Assembly (NCBI GenBank): GCA_001949185.1
Contig: BDGG01000014.1
Span: forward strand, 62,001-126,000
Reading direction: 5' to 3'
DNA: 64,000 bases
Source of the DNA: Ramazzottius varieornatus
Lineage: Eukaryota > Animalia > Tardigrada
Shown here: piece after piece, positions 49,270 through 63,081 of the stretch
Layout of the letters: each line of letters opens with the position of its first letter
Position numbering within the stretch: position 1 is the first letter of the stretch
The notes under the pieces: model-generated
What the model was told of the DNA's origin: nothing
Databases searched by the model: none
The model's input: only the letters and a program-made list of their open reading frames with translations
Program-made: the position numbers and the translations under genes

Positions 49270-51550
49270 GCTTTCAACCTTCGACCAGACCGAAAAGATT
49301 GTTCTGGAGTACTAGACAACAGGGTAGCTTGTATCCTTGATTTCTTATACCGCACAAGCGTACACCTCGCGGCTGCGTCAGCAGGCAAACGACACCCTCG
49401 GGATTGTCGATATACATGCACCTGAGCCGCCGAAAACAAGATCTTCGATGATGCGCAATTGGAAGCTGTAAAGTGTAAACAGTGCATCAAGCAGCAAACT
49501 ACCACCGACTGCGCAGACAAGTATACTAAATGTTTGTTTTCCGAGGTACGGTAGGATCCGCCTGAACGCCCGGCACGTGTCGGATGTCTGTTCGTCAACC
49601 CGGAGTAGCCTGCGGGGTGTTAACGATAAGTGACGATTGACCAGAAACTGGTCCATCGTAACCGAGCTGGATGTGTGTCGTGGGGATGTACATAATTATA
49701 CCAAAAGAAAGGTACATTCTCGTTATCATGCTGTAGATGCATCTGGACGGCCCATTTCACGAAATCACTGGAACAACTACATACCTAGTATTATAACAAT
49801 CGGGAGATTATTTCTGTGCTCACGTGAGCGTGGAGTTCCGAGTGAGAACCCAAGTGAGAAAAAGCGCGAAGGTTTCGTTTCTTGTTTAAACACGACGGAA
49901 TGTTGAAGGTACAGTACGAGTGCTGCTTTACTAACATTGTGGTGGCTGTGAGGTGACCGGGTAGAGTTGGCTGCAACTGGGGGGCTGCTGAAAGAATACT
50001 TCATTCTGACCAGCTTGAGCCGCTTGAAGCTGAGCTTCCTAGAAGTGAGCCTGAAAATGAAGTTCCGCGTCGGGGGTCGTTAGTCCATATTCAGTCAGCA
50101 AGAAGATGCCAAACATGACGATGTTACACAGCGCAGATTGCCCGAATCTACAAAACACAGTCAAACCTATCAAAGCCTTCGGATTGAATAACAACGTGAC
50201 GAACGAAAGAAGGGGTGGCCATAACCTTACCCCGGTAGCCATGTACCGTCCTCCGCCAGTTGGGCACACCAGCGAGTTGTCGACTTGAAAACATTCGCTG
50301 TCGCCGACGGATGAATGAGCTCCCTGCGCAATGCCAGCAATCAGGAAGAAGATGCAGGGCGTGACAGCGCAACAAAAGTCCTGCGAAGAAATGCCGGCAA
50401 TGTTTGGGATTTAAGCAAGAGGGACACTTTAAAGTAACACTGGGTCGTGTTGTCATAAAGTACTCAACGTACAAAGAGGCATTCCACCCACATGAGCTTC
50501 ATTGCATGCTGACTGGTCTCCAACATTGAAGCAGGAGAGGCGAGGTCACACGCTGGGGCCGGCAATAAGTTCAAAGCGGAACGGACACGATTGAGGGTTT
50601 GTAGAAAGTGACGCAGAATGGTCATGGCAGTGAAGAGGACCGTCAGGGAAAAGAAGGAGTCGTTGTCCGAACAAGTCTTCCAACAAACGGCTGCAGTGAT
50701 CGTTCTGACGATCTGCAACGCAAACTCTGCATCTCAAGCACAGATCACACCATATTGTCAGCCTTCAAAATAAACTGAACACCTGGCTGCTACAGGCACA
50801 AATCTAAACTTACGACCTTTGCGTATTTTAGCTTCTGAGGGAGCATCGTTTCTCGTGTGATGGGAGCAGCGCTTTGGGCACTTCGGCTGGCGTCGCTCTA
50901 GATTTCGATCCCGCATACTGCGTACGAAGTGACTTGAGAGCGAAGAAGAGTTGCGTATACAGATAACCGAAAGTGAAAGGGAAAAAGCTTTGAGGAACGA
51001 TAGACACCCAAAAAGGTAACTCACGTAGGCTACAGCTCTGGCCGACCAGAATCGAAAAGGCAACTTTGCCGTCAACAAATGTAGTCGGCGCTAGTGGCGT
51101 CAACGCAGCCGGCAATGCTACATAGGGTATGTCTTCGCACTTAAAAACGCTGATCGTCTGATGCAGTCCCCTGCGGCGCTTCCTCGATACGTTTCGATCA
51201 CCCAGAAACATGTTCTTACAGACCTGACTTCGTCAGTGAGGCACGGACTTGGTATCTCATGATGACAGACGCAATCTGGCTAAAAATTAGTTGGCCCACC
51301 ATGAGCGATATGCCATACGGTGGCGCACTCGTTTTCTGTCAGTTTTGACGAAGAACTCACCATGGACCGGTTCTTACGCGCGAAATATGGGTCCTGATCG
51401 AAAGATCGCTTGAGAAAAGGTTTTCGCCACCAACAGGTCATCCAAACATGTTGTTCACAAATGGACAAATACGTAGCGCAGACCCGAACGGAGCTTTCAA
51501 ACTCTGAGAAAATACACTTCCTACTACGAGTACAGAATTCATCGACCCGT

Positions 51551-53987
51551 TTATCCAGCAGAGCTTAAAAACTGGTTTAGCCAGTCCACGTAAAGTCCCA
51601 CTCGAGTATAAACTCCTGGCTTCTTCGCTACCGCGCATCTACGAAGAGAGACGCGGTAAACTCTGCGACTCGGAAAATATATACCGTGCCGTAATCGAAA
51701 CGAGCCGCAACACCTCAGCGTACCCTTCTCCCCAACTGACCACTCCTATCAAGGTCCATCGGCCATTCATCACCGCCATCAACGGTCCGCCACTATCTCC
51801 CTGCATATAGCACGTAAAGTTGTCACGACATTTCACAAGTTCAAAAGCGGGGAAGCCACGGCGACTCGCAGAATTCTTTCGGTACCTTGCAAGAATCCAT
51901 TGTTCCATATGAGAGACCCGCGCAGAACATGTTGTTCGTTATTTGGTAGCGGTAATAATCTAAACCATTACATTCGGTCCGGTCAATAACCGGCACTGTC
52001 ACCTGCAACCGAATGCAAATCTGGTCACGTTCCGAGTCGGAAAATTGAAGCGATATCGGACGCCAAAATAAATACTGTATGTGGTACCTGCATCAGTACG
52101 TTCGATGCAACCCGAATGGCGCCACTTCGTTCTTCTCCGATGATGATTGCCTGTGCTTCAGGCTTAGAGGCGTCAAGTACCGAGCTGTTCCCCACACTAG
52201 CTGTTCGTCCTGTTACCCAGAAGTAATTTGCCGCACCGTCTGTCAAAAAGAAAGTTGTAACGACGTACCGGTGGCTAGAAGTCTACTGACTGCGCCAGAT
52301 ATCTGCGAACCCAGGCTGGTTTTACTCTTCTTCGTCGAAGTCAACGATGTCACACTGGGGTCGATTTCTGCCAAGGCAAGAGCGATGGGGTCAAAATTTA
52401 CCTGGCCGTTTAACCGTCAAAGTCGGGACTTACTGATCATTTTGACGTCTTGTGCCGATGTGTCGCCCCATCCGACGACGGTCGCCTGTGTACCCGCTGG
52501 CGGGTCGCTGCCGGCGGGAGGTAGACAGATAACGTTGACCTCATTCTTCAGCGTCACAAAGCGGCTGAGTTTTAAGACGGCAATGTCGTTGTCGCTATCC
52601 CATTTCTGATAGTTGGGATGAACGGTGATCTCTGAGATGGCGTAGTCTTCTTCGGCGGCTTCGGTTACGAACCTGCTGTGCTCACCAACGCGGATGTCTA
52701 ACAGGGACGGATCAGCGAACCTGAAAACCGCCTTGTGGTAGGTTAGACTTCACTCAAACTCAAAGCACAGCTTTCTAAATATTACCCTTCTATACAGTGG
52801 GCAGCAGTAACGACATAAAGGTTACTAATCAGGGTGCCTCCACAAAAGCCATAAAAGCGACCTTCGAACTTTCGGCGGACATGGACAACATACGGCCAGG
52901 CATGAGGGCGTGCTTCTTGGCCACCTGAAAAGACCTTTGAATCATCTCGAGAATGTTGTATTTGGATTTATCAGTATGGAATGACGAACGAGGTAGATTA
53001 TTTACCGACGATGCGAGGAGTGGACGGTGCCACAACCGATCTTCCGCAACCTGGATAACATTTCCGGTCATACAGTAAAGAATGCTTTATCAACTCGCAT
53101 TAAGGTATGGTTTACCGCAATAGATGGAGCTGGTGGTATCCATCGTACACAGTCCAGTGGGTACCGAGGAAGAGGACGGAGTGGTCACGCCCGCTGGAAA
53201 GGGCGTTACGGGAGCTCGAGTGGAAGACCCGTGAGCTTCCTGGTAGTAAAAGCGGAAACCTCGACCAACTTGACCGCGAGGGGGTGCACAGTACTCGACG
53301 TAAACCAGGTTCGACTGTATAGTCAGAGACTGGGAAGGACGAGCGCGATTACAGAAACGTCTTGAGCCTGTAGGAACATGATGTAATTATTTCAGTATTT
53401 GTATGGGTTTTCAGTGGTGGAATTAATCAGTGTGGAAAATGTGCAAATAAATACTTACTGGCATCGCCTCTGTAGGTGCAGATGCTAAGAGGAATGTTTC
53501 CTGCCCGTCCGTCGAAGATCATCACGTAGTTCCTGGAGCATGTCGCCGAAGTCAGACTGGAAACATCCAGGTCCGAGAAAAATATCGTTATCGACTACAA
53601 GGAGGGCGAAAGAAATAATAGGTTCTTTTCTATACGGAGCGAATTTTCCTGTGGTATACAATACGTTGTGTCAAAACTGGGAAAACGGCACTTATACCTC
53701 TGCTTCAGGAATGTTGATCATCCATCGGTACCTCGAGCTGGGTAAGACCGCTTCGGGGAATTTTGGCGAACTGATCCATCCTGCACGAGCAAGAACATGC
53801 TGCGTGCTGGAGGAATTGATCACCTGAGAATCTGTAAGGAAACAATAGTTTATTTGGTCCGAGAGAAGTTTGAACTTGAGTTTCGGTTAAACAGTCCGAT
53901 TTCACCTGACGAACTGATCTGGGAGATGGTGATCAACACAAAAATTCCGAGCAAAATTCGTGCGGATTTTCTTCGAATTTCTCCCAT
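51551..53987 (-). CDS. Secreted CUB-domain trypsin-like serine protease, multi-exon
   Basis: Signal peptide, CUB domain ([30 protein letters not shown]), activation site PR|[40 protein letters not shown]. Confidence 0.92.
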
Positions 53988-54797
53988 GTTGAACGAGATC
54001 GCGGAAGAGTCGGACGAACCCTGAACTTGGGAAAATCACGGTTCGCGAAATGGGTTTCCGCGTTGAGTAGCCTCAGCTGCGCAAAGTCAGTGTGAAAACA
54101 TTAAAGAACAATAACTCGATGACTGGATGGGTTGAGTATGGCGCTAGTGATGATAACGCGGAAATGAGGTAGGGTGTTGCAGCTCTGATTGCTCGAAGAG
54201 CTGTTTACAGGACCTCTTATCAGCTGCTGAACTGTATACGGAAGCTGCATATTTCTCCGCTCCAAGTTCGCCCTATCTGAAATGGCCTTGTTGCGGCGGC
54301 CAGCACTTGAGTTGCCTTACATCAACGCTTGTTTATTTGTCTGGACCTCGAAACATCTGCAAAAGCCAAGAACTCTCGTGGAACGAGATGAAAGGCAACG
54401 AAGAACCATCAGAGAGCTTCCCTAAAGTCTTAGCGCCTATGAGCCACCTCCGACTGAAATCATATCCATTACGTCAGCGGACGGTGTGAGAAACTGGTTT
54501 CTACATGTGGCAAACCATAAGCGCTAGACATGGTATCACGTGACACCAGCACCAAATTCAGCGCACCACGTGTTTCCGGTTGGTTTAAACTTCATTTCAA
54601 CTGCTCTCCAATCTCTCAGTTTTCTCAAGGTTTGTCCACTGTCCAAACTGGAAAATCACACCACACCACACTATACAAATAAAACCATCAGCGCAGAAGC
54701 AAAGAAGCGTAAGAGTACGATCGCCACCCGAAGGAAATCGTGTCTTGATGGAAACAATCAACTGGCAGTCAGCAATAGTTATCACCTACTCAAACGT

Positions 54798-55160
54798 CTA
54801 GTGCTTTCCGTGGGAATCTCCATGCGGATCATGTCCCTGTCCTCCTTGCTTGTTCTGTAAGTCCTTGTTGAAATCGTAAGGGAAGGTTCCAGCATCCAGT
54901 TGCTCATCCCACTTGGAAACCCAAGCGTGCGGGCAGATGTTGCGATAAACCTTTCTGAAAAAGTAGCATGGCTCATACTCGTCTCCCTTTTGCTTGCGGC
55001 AGCGATGGTAGTCAACGTAGTTGACCCAGCATCTCTTGGCTTGATTCTGGTTGGGGAAGCGAGGGTCCAGTCCAGCAGAGAAGAATTCGTTGCGCTCCAG
55101 GCGAGCTTTCACAGCTTCCAGCGATTCTTCTCGCTCCTCAATGCTCGTTGGTTCAGGCAT
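54798..55160 (-). CDS. COX6B: Cytochrome c oxidase subunit 6B
   Basis: DPRFPNQNQAKRCWVNYVDYHRC...C..F...Y..ICP..WVSKWDEQ..GTFP; acceptor just before the ATG and a 5'UTR exon donor near 55227. Confidence 0.96.
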   Translation of the reverse strand: MPEPTSIEEREESLEAVKARLERNEFFSAGLDPRFPNQNQAKRCWVNYVDYHRCRKQKGDEYEPCYFFRKVYRNICPHAWVSKWDEQLDAGTFPYDFNKDLQNKQGGQGHDPHGDSHGKH

Positions 55161-58100
55161 GTTCTGCAAACACGTCTGTATCAAGTCACATGTTACCGAC
55201 TAACAGAAGCACCGACAGAGCTCTTACCTTTGATTTCACAGTCCGTAATCGAGAGAATACGCTTCCGGAAGGAGGTGATGTCGGATCAGTGAAAAGGGAT
55301 GACAGCTTGGGAATATTCTACAGCTTGGCGACCCTTCAAGAGTTCAAGTCATTGAACATGATTAGAACACCAGCTGGCCAGTGATGTCATTCTGCTAATA
55401 GAAATCGTGTCTTTCTTGCCAGAGTACAGTGTGCGCCAAAATAAACCGTATGAAATGGGTGTTGGATGGAACCAGATGGACACAGCCAACGAAATTTGCG
55501 CATGCGGCAAAGCGTAATTCTCATTGGACGAGTCGTAAATAATTTCCGGCTGCAATATAACGCCCATTTTTAACAGTTAATTTTGTCGTATACTGTACCA
55601 TTTTCGAAAGAATCTGGTTTCTATGAGGCAATATCGTAGCGAAATTCGGTTTGAGTGGTTGTACGCCACAAGACCAAAGACAATTAAGCGATTGTACTGT
55701 GTAGCTCGCCAGAACGTCTTTTGTTCCTTTGGTTCGGTCCATGTGTGCTGAGCGGAACGGCATGCGCAGCGCTCGTTTGGCCGACTGACTGTGCCAGTGC
55801 AGTTGAATCACTTGATGAGAAGTCCATATACGGCGACTGCGTTTCTCACGTTCACCACCAGCGGAAGCTCACCGATATACCTTCTCCAGAAGATCCTGTG
55901 GAATATTGTGGAATATCCGGATCGTCTTCCCGCTAGTCTGGATGCAGTTAGACCCTCATGGAATTATTGCGAATCTTGCATTGGGCTATCTGAACATTTG
56001 ACCGAGCGGTGCAAAGGTACGATCAGATGGCTCCCACTGCGTTTCAGATTGGTATTCTGAACTTTTGCGAAAATATTGCAAGTTTTCCGTAACATAGTAA
56101 GATGAACTGCTCCCGTAAAATTTACCGGACAAAAAGTGTATGAATATGATGAGCTAATTAAAGCGGACTAGGTCATCCCCTGTCCGGTGTTCTGACGTCA
56201 GAAGGAGATGTTTCGTGCCGTAAGACCTTAGTAGCTAGTATGACGTCATTTGAACAGGTCGACAAGTAGAAGCGTCAGGCTGCAGCGATCGCGTTTTGAT
56301 GCCATTTTTCTACGGTTTGTTTCTGTTGTTTTTCGACCAACAGCGCCTTTTCTGTGAATCGTGGAACCCTTATGGGACTCTGTAAGTTCCGCTAAAGTGC
56401 TCTCGATTTGGGGAATAGGATTAGCGTAATTTTCAATCAAAGCTGTGCGACGCACCGCTAAGCGATGGCAATGATGACCATCTGCATAATTCATGTTGGG
56501 TTAGTCGAGGGATCGTTAACTGGTTTAGTCGCTCTAGTGTTCCGTCTGTGTATTATGGTTGCGGAGGCTGATATCTCTCGCTGGTATTGGACGCTGGCAA
56601 GGCAATTCGCTGTGAAGCGTGGATGTCGATTCAGTCAAGTGGAGATGATCTGGATTGATCGAGTACCGATGCAAGAATTGTAGAGACTGAGAAGCGAGAG
56701 GGTCATTTCCGAGATGCGAGAGAGCAATGCAATTTTGAAAACTGACCGCCAGTGCGAGGATGTCAAAATCTGCAAAGATTTTCCAGCAATCGGCTGAAAA
56801 GTAATGTGCCGAAAATGTTGCGAAGAATTTCTCGGTCATAAATTTCTAGACATGACACTTGTTACGAAACAATAACAGACGCACCCGTAATTTATTTGCG
56901 GATTATTTTGGGATGTCGGCACACCGAAGAGACCAGCCGAAGTTTGTTTGGAAGAACCGAAAGAAACGATGGCACAATTTAATGGACGGCGAACCATCAC
57001 GGACGTAATGGGGTGTCAATTGGGCACTTGGATGGCGAGCCGTACCAGACAGCATTTGTACAGCCAAATTAAGCAGTTCAAACCTGTGTTCCCTATGGCG
57101 GACCACAAGGTCCGAAATTTGGATTGAGCGCAAGCGTAGAAGAGTGGCGAATTACGGTTGGTGTAATGCTGGGTGTGAATGGACAATCATGACGTCATAC
57201 AACAGGTTTATTTGATGACTGTGACAGCTGCGCGCCAACTTTGATGGGCGTGAAAAGTGAAGTGATGGAGATTAGCGCACTCCTCAGCCTCCTCGCATTT
57301 TTTCAAAAACAGTCCGTTTATTCATGTACTGACATACTTCGGTGGATATTTGATCTGGTCTTCTCTAAGAAGATGAATTTTCAAGTAGCCGAACCGCGGC
57401 ATGGAATGTGCTCGCGCTGTATAATCTGCTTGCTGAGAAACGTGCGAAGAAATGACCATCACACATTTCATATGTATTGCAAGGTTTAAACTGGCTTTTT
57501 ATGTCCCATGTGAAGTAGTAACTGTCGGTATTGACATAGAGTACCAGTATGGAGCGAAATAGCTCAGCTTGAGCCTTGAAACAAGGGGTTACTTCGGCAG
57601 GGTTGGGCTGTGGTTCAGTGCCAGTAGGCTGCGAAGGAACATTATCGCCCGTTTCATGTTGATTAATCGGATTATTGCGTGATGTTTTGCCGCTATTTGG
57701 TCTTGCGTTACAACGTTATTGCTGACATCAACTTTCATAGATAAATCGATATTCGATGGAGTAAAACTTTCTCGCACCAGCAATAGCGAAAGAGTCACGA
57801 CGAGAGTCGCACGAGATCGACACTGACCAATGTTACGCAAGTGTAAGTAATGTGGTTGTTCCTTCGGTTCCCCTACACACGCCGTGCGGATATATTCCCA
57901 GAAGTTCCTTTCCGGCGATTGATTTTGAGTTTCGACTGAATATGTCTTTGAAGGTTTCGCCAGTGGTTATCGTTCATGAATCACCGGTTAATCAGTTGTT
58001 ACTCATTATGAGTATGAATATTAAGTATGGTCCATTTTGGGCAGGCGCGAAGTCGACACTCGACTGCTCGAACTCGTTACGAGACTAGCTTATGACTATC

Positions 58101-58191
58101 TTCTTCGAACGATAAATACAGAGTCTATCAAAGCTATACATTTTTTTCCCCTTTTCTTCATCACAGGCTTGCTTCCTGCTCGCCGGGAAGG

Positions 58192-61100
58192 ATGAGGATC
58201 TCCTGGGACTTCGCGATGGACTGGAGGCCGGCGTCTTGTTATTCTTTGCTCATTTTTGTATTTTTCACTTCATTGTTATCAGCTTCTGCTCAAGGTAGTT
58301 TACATAGAGTGAAATTCTTACAAAGTATGCTGGAAAAGTCGGCAGATATATTGACAAGATCGTTCATCCAAGCGGCGCTCGCACTCATGCAATAACAACG
58401 AAAACGTGCGTCACTTCAGGCAATGATCTTGCCGAGTTTCCCAAGGGACGCACGCTTCCAGCCGTATGTAACACAAACGCGCGCCACTTGAGACAGCGAT
58501 CTGGGCAAGATCATTAGCTGACGGCACAACTCTTTGTTTTTATTAATTTCTGTTTGGCTTCAGTTCCTGCCGCATCGGAAGAACTCACTTCCAATCCCTG
58601 TATAGTCCATCAGACATGTGACGTGTGTATACAGGCCAACCCGAATTGTGCCTGGTGTCTTCAAGAGGTAAGTTAGATCTTTGGTCAGATTTCTTCTTCC
58701 TCATCTGGAGTAGTGAAAGCACGGTATCGGGTTTCCGAGCGTGGTGTCCAGATGTGGGAGAAATGTGATCCCGACTCTATTGTCTTTGTTTAAGGGTTAT
58801 GGGGAGACGACCAATGCACCACGTTGTGATCTGGTCGGCAGTCTTCAAACGCGAGGATGTAAATACGAAAACATTATCAACCCCGAAAGCTTGCTGGAGA
58901 TAATTCGGGTAAATATTGGCGCCACTGTTGACTTTTCATTTCCTGGGCGGATTTGACCTAGAATGTCTTCCTTTTGTAGGAACTTGAACTGAGCAGTACT
59001 GTCCAGTTTACTCCGCAAGAAGTCAGCATCAAACTCCGACCAAGTAAACCATCATCCAAAGATTGTCCAACGAATTCAAAATCGAACCTGGATTTGACGA
59101 GTTTATTTTGCAGGAAAACAGTACGCCATACCGGTGCGATTCCGTCAAGCCAAAGATTACCCCGTTGATCTGTACTACCTGATGGACTTGTCTCACTCCA
59201 TGTTGGACGACAAAGTCAAACTGGCCACACTGGGAAGTTATTTAGGTAATTTTTGAAATCACAATTCAAGTTGCAGAAACGAGTTTGAAATTTTTGCCAC
59301 GATGGTTTGATGTCATGGCACAGTGTTGAGTGCAAATTTCATGTTGGGGGGTTTGATTTGATTGCAGCTGCTGAAATGCGGAACATGACGAGCAATTTCC
59401 GGCTGGGCTTTGGCTCGTTTGTCGACAAGGTTGTAATGCCTTTCGTCAGTACAGTCCCCAAGAAGTAAGTGCCATCTTGGCTTTCTTGTTCTGCTTGTGC
59501 TCCAATGTTCACCATAATTACCATGGGCTCTTGTCCGTCCAGTGGGGATGCAAATACATCCATGTTGTGCTTTACAGGCTTGTCGCTCCCTGTGACGGCT
59601 GTGCGGCACCCTATGGCTACAAGCACCACATGACACTCAGCGAGGATACTCATCACTTCGAAGTAAGCCCGATATATCACCCTTCTCACATTCCATACAG
59701 AGGTTGCAGTGAGACCAAGCTGTAATGTTCGCTCTGTTCCTTTGCAGCAACGTGTCAGTGATGCCAGTATTTCGGGCAACTTGGACGCACCGGAAGGAGG
59801 CTTCGACGCAATCATGCAAGCTATCGCCTGTAAAGTACGTAATCAAGGGTATTCTTGAGGATACCATTAAACGTTACGCGTCGGTCAACTGGGGGGCAGA
59901 GCATAAAAATGGTCCGCTAAGCGGAACCGAACCGGAACGGGCGGAAGTTTTGGTCGGCTTCCGTTCTCGAGAAGGCTGATTTGTTTTCGCTTCTTTCCGT
60001 TCGGCTTTCGGCTTACAAGTGCTCCGTCTGTTCCGCTCAAAGATGGCTGACATTATACTTAAATAAAATACAACTTTCAAGCAAAATGACAAGCTTAGCT
60101 CCAAAAGTCGAGCCACAGCATCAAAACAGTGCGATCTGACGATGAAAATGGCCACAAATGAAACCAGTTTTGCTAGTACAAAAGACTTCTCGCACGGTTT
60201 CTTCGTTCAGTTTGTACTGTCAGTTTTTACCGTTCGGTTCGCTCGTACTCGTACGAGAATTTTGCCGCTTGTTTCCGCTTGGTTTTGAAAGTTTTCGAAA
60301 CAGTCCGTTTGGTTTCTAAAATTGCGAACGGTTTTATGCTCTGCTGGGGGGTTTTTCTTGGATACAGAACGTAATGGGGGCTCTTTATAGAATGATATCG
60401 GGTGGCGCGATAAGGCACGTAAGCTCTTGGTGCTGTCGACGGACGCCAGTTTTCATTATGCTGGCGATGGCAAGGTAAGGTTTCCGACTAAACAGCTGCA
60501 GATTCCATGGTGTAATACAGCGGAGCTGATTGGGACTGACAATGGGGAGAACCGAAACCTTACCATGACTTTTGACCTTCTTACTGTATATACAGCTGGG
60601 AGGGATCGTGACACCCAATGACGGAGAATGCCATTTAGGCACTGAGAATGGTGAAATGATATATACGGAAAGCAGCAACCAGGTAAAAAGGTAGATTTGC
60701 TTTGTGAGGAACTTTTGACCATGCTATGAAATCAGCTGTGCTGTCCATCGATTCGTTTCTCACCATAATACCCCGTTTGAAGAGAGTGTGCCAGACCAAA
60801 GTGAAGATTCTTCTACCATTAGTTTTCATACTTCGGGGTTAATACCGTACATCCGCTGGTGCTTCTCTGCTTTGCGGAGTTTCTGTGATCTGTGTAGTAT
60901 AAATCGATCTCTGTGATTATTAGGACTATCCATCATTGAGTCAGATCAACCGCGCCGTCAAGGAGAATAAAATTAACATGATCTTCGCCGTGACGGAGGA
61001 CCAGTTCCCCACCTACAGTCGTCTCAGTGGCTACGTCGAGGGCTCGGTAGCCGGAAAACTGGCAAACGACTCCTCCAACGTCGTTGAGCTCGTCAAAGAC

Positions 61101-63081
61101 CAATACAACGTATGCACATCACCTTTCCTAGCTTTTCCAGAAACTATCTGCGTCAGTCATGAATCTTTAGATGTTTAAACTGTGTTACTTTGCAGAAAAT
61201 CTCCTCTTCTGTCGAGTTGAAAGACAACGCACCCAGTGAGATTGTCAAAATCACCTACTTTGCCAAATGTCCAGGCAAAGAAATGGAACGAACCAGCGTA
61301 TGCCACGGGGTCAAAGTGGGCAACGAGGTACGATCATGAAATTTGAAAAATGCGCTGGCGGTTTGGGCAAACTTTATTTCCCCCCTGGTGGGAATTTCGT
61401 ATTGGTAAATTCACATGTTTTCGCGAGTCGGTCTTAAATGACAAATATGTCGATGACATATCGAGGAATCTCTACGGTTGAATGGAAAGATTTTTGTGTG
61501 TTGACTGTAGATTCAGTGGCAGTTGAATATCGAAGTGGACAAGTGTCCACCCGGTCCATCGCCACATCGTATCCCCTTTAAAGTGTATCCGGTCGGTCTG
61601 GACGAAGAACTTTCGGTTAACCTGGAAATAATCTGTGACTGCGACTGCGGCCCGCCGATCTTTAACGCCCCCCAGTGTAGTGGCAATGGTACGTACGAAT
61701 GCGGTATCTGCACCTGCCCACCGGGTACCTTTGGTCGCCACTGCGAGTGCAGCTCGGACCAGATTACGGGCTTTGACGAGGAAGCCGGCTGCCGAGCGTA
61801 AGAAGCATCCGCCCCACTTTATGTAAGAAATATGCTTCATCTATTGCTTCACAGGCCCAACTCTTCGCTGATCTGTTCGGGAAGAGGACGCTGCGTCTGT
61901 GGCGAATGTGACTGTTTTCCCCGAGCGGTAGGTTGAAATATAAAAGTCAGTCCGCTGGTTCGACCAATGCTTTTTATCCGTAGAATCCCAATGAAGAAGT
62001 CTACGGTCGATACTGTGAATGTGACAACTTCTCTTGCGACCGCTTCAACGGCCTGGTCTGTGGTGGGCCGGACCACGGCACATGCGAGTGCGGGACTTGT
62101 GTCTGCAAGCCGGGCTGGACTGGAGCCGCTTGTGAATGCTCGACGTCCATTGAGACGTGTCAAAGCAAAGACGGAGTAAGTCTTGTGGCAAATGTATCTG
62201 AATGGAAATTGACATTATTAGGGAATATTTATTTTCTGATGGGGCTTTTTTTCAGAACATTTGTAACGGTCACGGAAAGTGTGTCTGCGGCGCATGTGTT
62301 TGCGACGTCAACGAGGACGGTAACCCCGAGTACTACGGACCAACCTGTGAAAGCTGCCCGACATGCCCGGACGAATGTTACAAGTTGAAGAACTGTGCGC
62401 AGTGTCATGGCTTCGGGACTGGGGCACTGGCCGACGACGACGATGCAACCTTCTGTGCCAGAAACTGTAGTGCCACCTACAATACGACCCAGTTTACCCA
62501 TGCCGACGAACTCGTTGGTACGTTCTCCGGCTAATCTTTTTTAAACCGAAATATCGAGAATAATGAAACAATCGTGCTTTGTTTTTTTAGTGGATATGCC
62601 GGGAGAAAAGATCTGTCAGTTCCGTGATGAAAGCGACTTTTGTACATTTTTCTTCTCCTACTACGAGATTCCTGGCACTATCAATGGACGCATGGTGGAA
62701 ATCCAGAAAACCAAAGGTCAGCTCTTCTTGGATCTATACTCTCAACTGCAATTCATGGGTTGATTAGGTGTGACTGTGTAGTTTGTCCGGAAACCGTGGG
62801 TGCCTGGGCGGTTATCCTCGGTATCATCGGCGCAGTGTTGGCTGTCGGTATGGCGCTTTTGCTGATATGGAAGATCTTGACCATCATTCATGATCGGCGA
62901 CAGCTGGCCAAGTTTGACGCTGAAGTGGAGAACGCCAAGTGGGATACGGTAAGGGAATGAATTTTGCTCTTTGTCGACTTGAACCTGTCGAAGAAGTTCG
63001 TGTGGCCTTTTACAGAGTGGAAACCCCATTTTCCGACCGGCCACCAACACCTACCGCAATCCAGTATATGTTAACCGATAG
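58192..63081 (+). CDS. Integrin beta subunit (betaPS/beta1-like), multi-exon
   Basis: Signal peptide, PSI domain (CAWC), [61 protein letters not shown], four I-EGF repeats, [16 protein letters not shown] and NPVY. Confidence 0.97.
58335..58512. repeat. Intronic palindromic element copy J (two modules), integrin intron
   Basis: GACAAGATCGTT..CCAAGCGGCGC ... GTGCGTCACTT..GATCTTGCCGAG, then CCAAGGGACGCACGC ... GCGCGCCACTTG. Confidence 0.8.

Noticed and set aside
49400-51200. Possible decayed DNA transposase or zinc-finger fragments (CKQC, CRQC, RVCRK)
   Set aside because: No continuous frame, catalytic motif or TIR could be supported
55300-58150. Many short ORFs between COX6B and the integrin
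   Set aside because: No motifs; consistent with a divergent promoter region and 5'UTR introns
29627-58512. Palindromic repeats with variable spacers as a CRISPR- or REP-like system
   Set aside because: The context is eukaryotic, the copies are dispersed in introns, and there is no array, cas gene or associated transposase
59835-60390. Mutually exclusive alternative to the integrin IGWR...AGDGK exon, as in Drosophila betaPS
   Set aside because: No second such exon was seen; the intron holds only short CCGTTCGG/CCGAACCGG-type repeats
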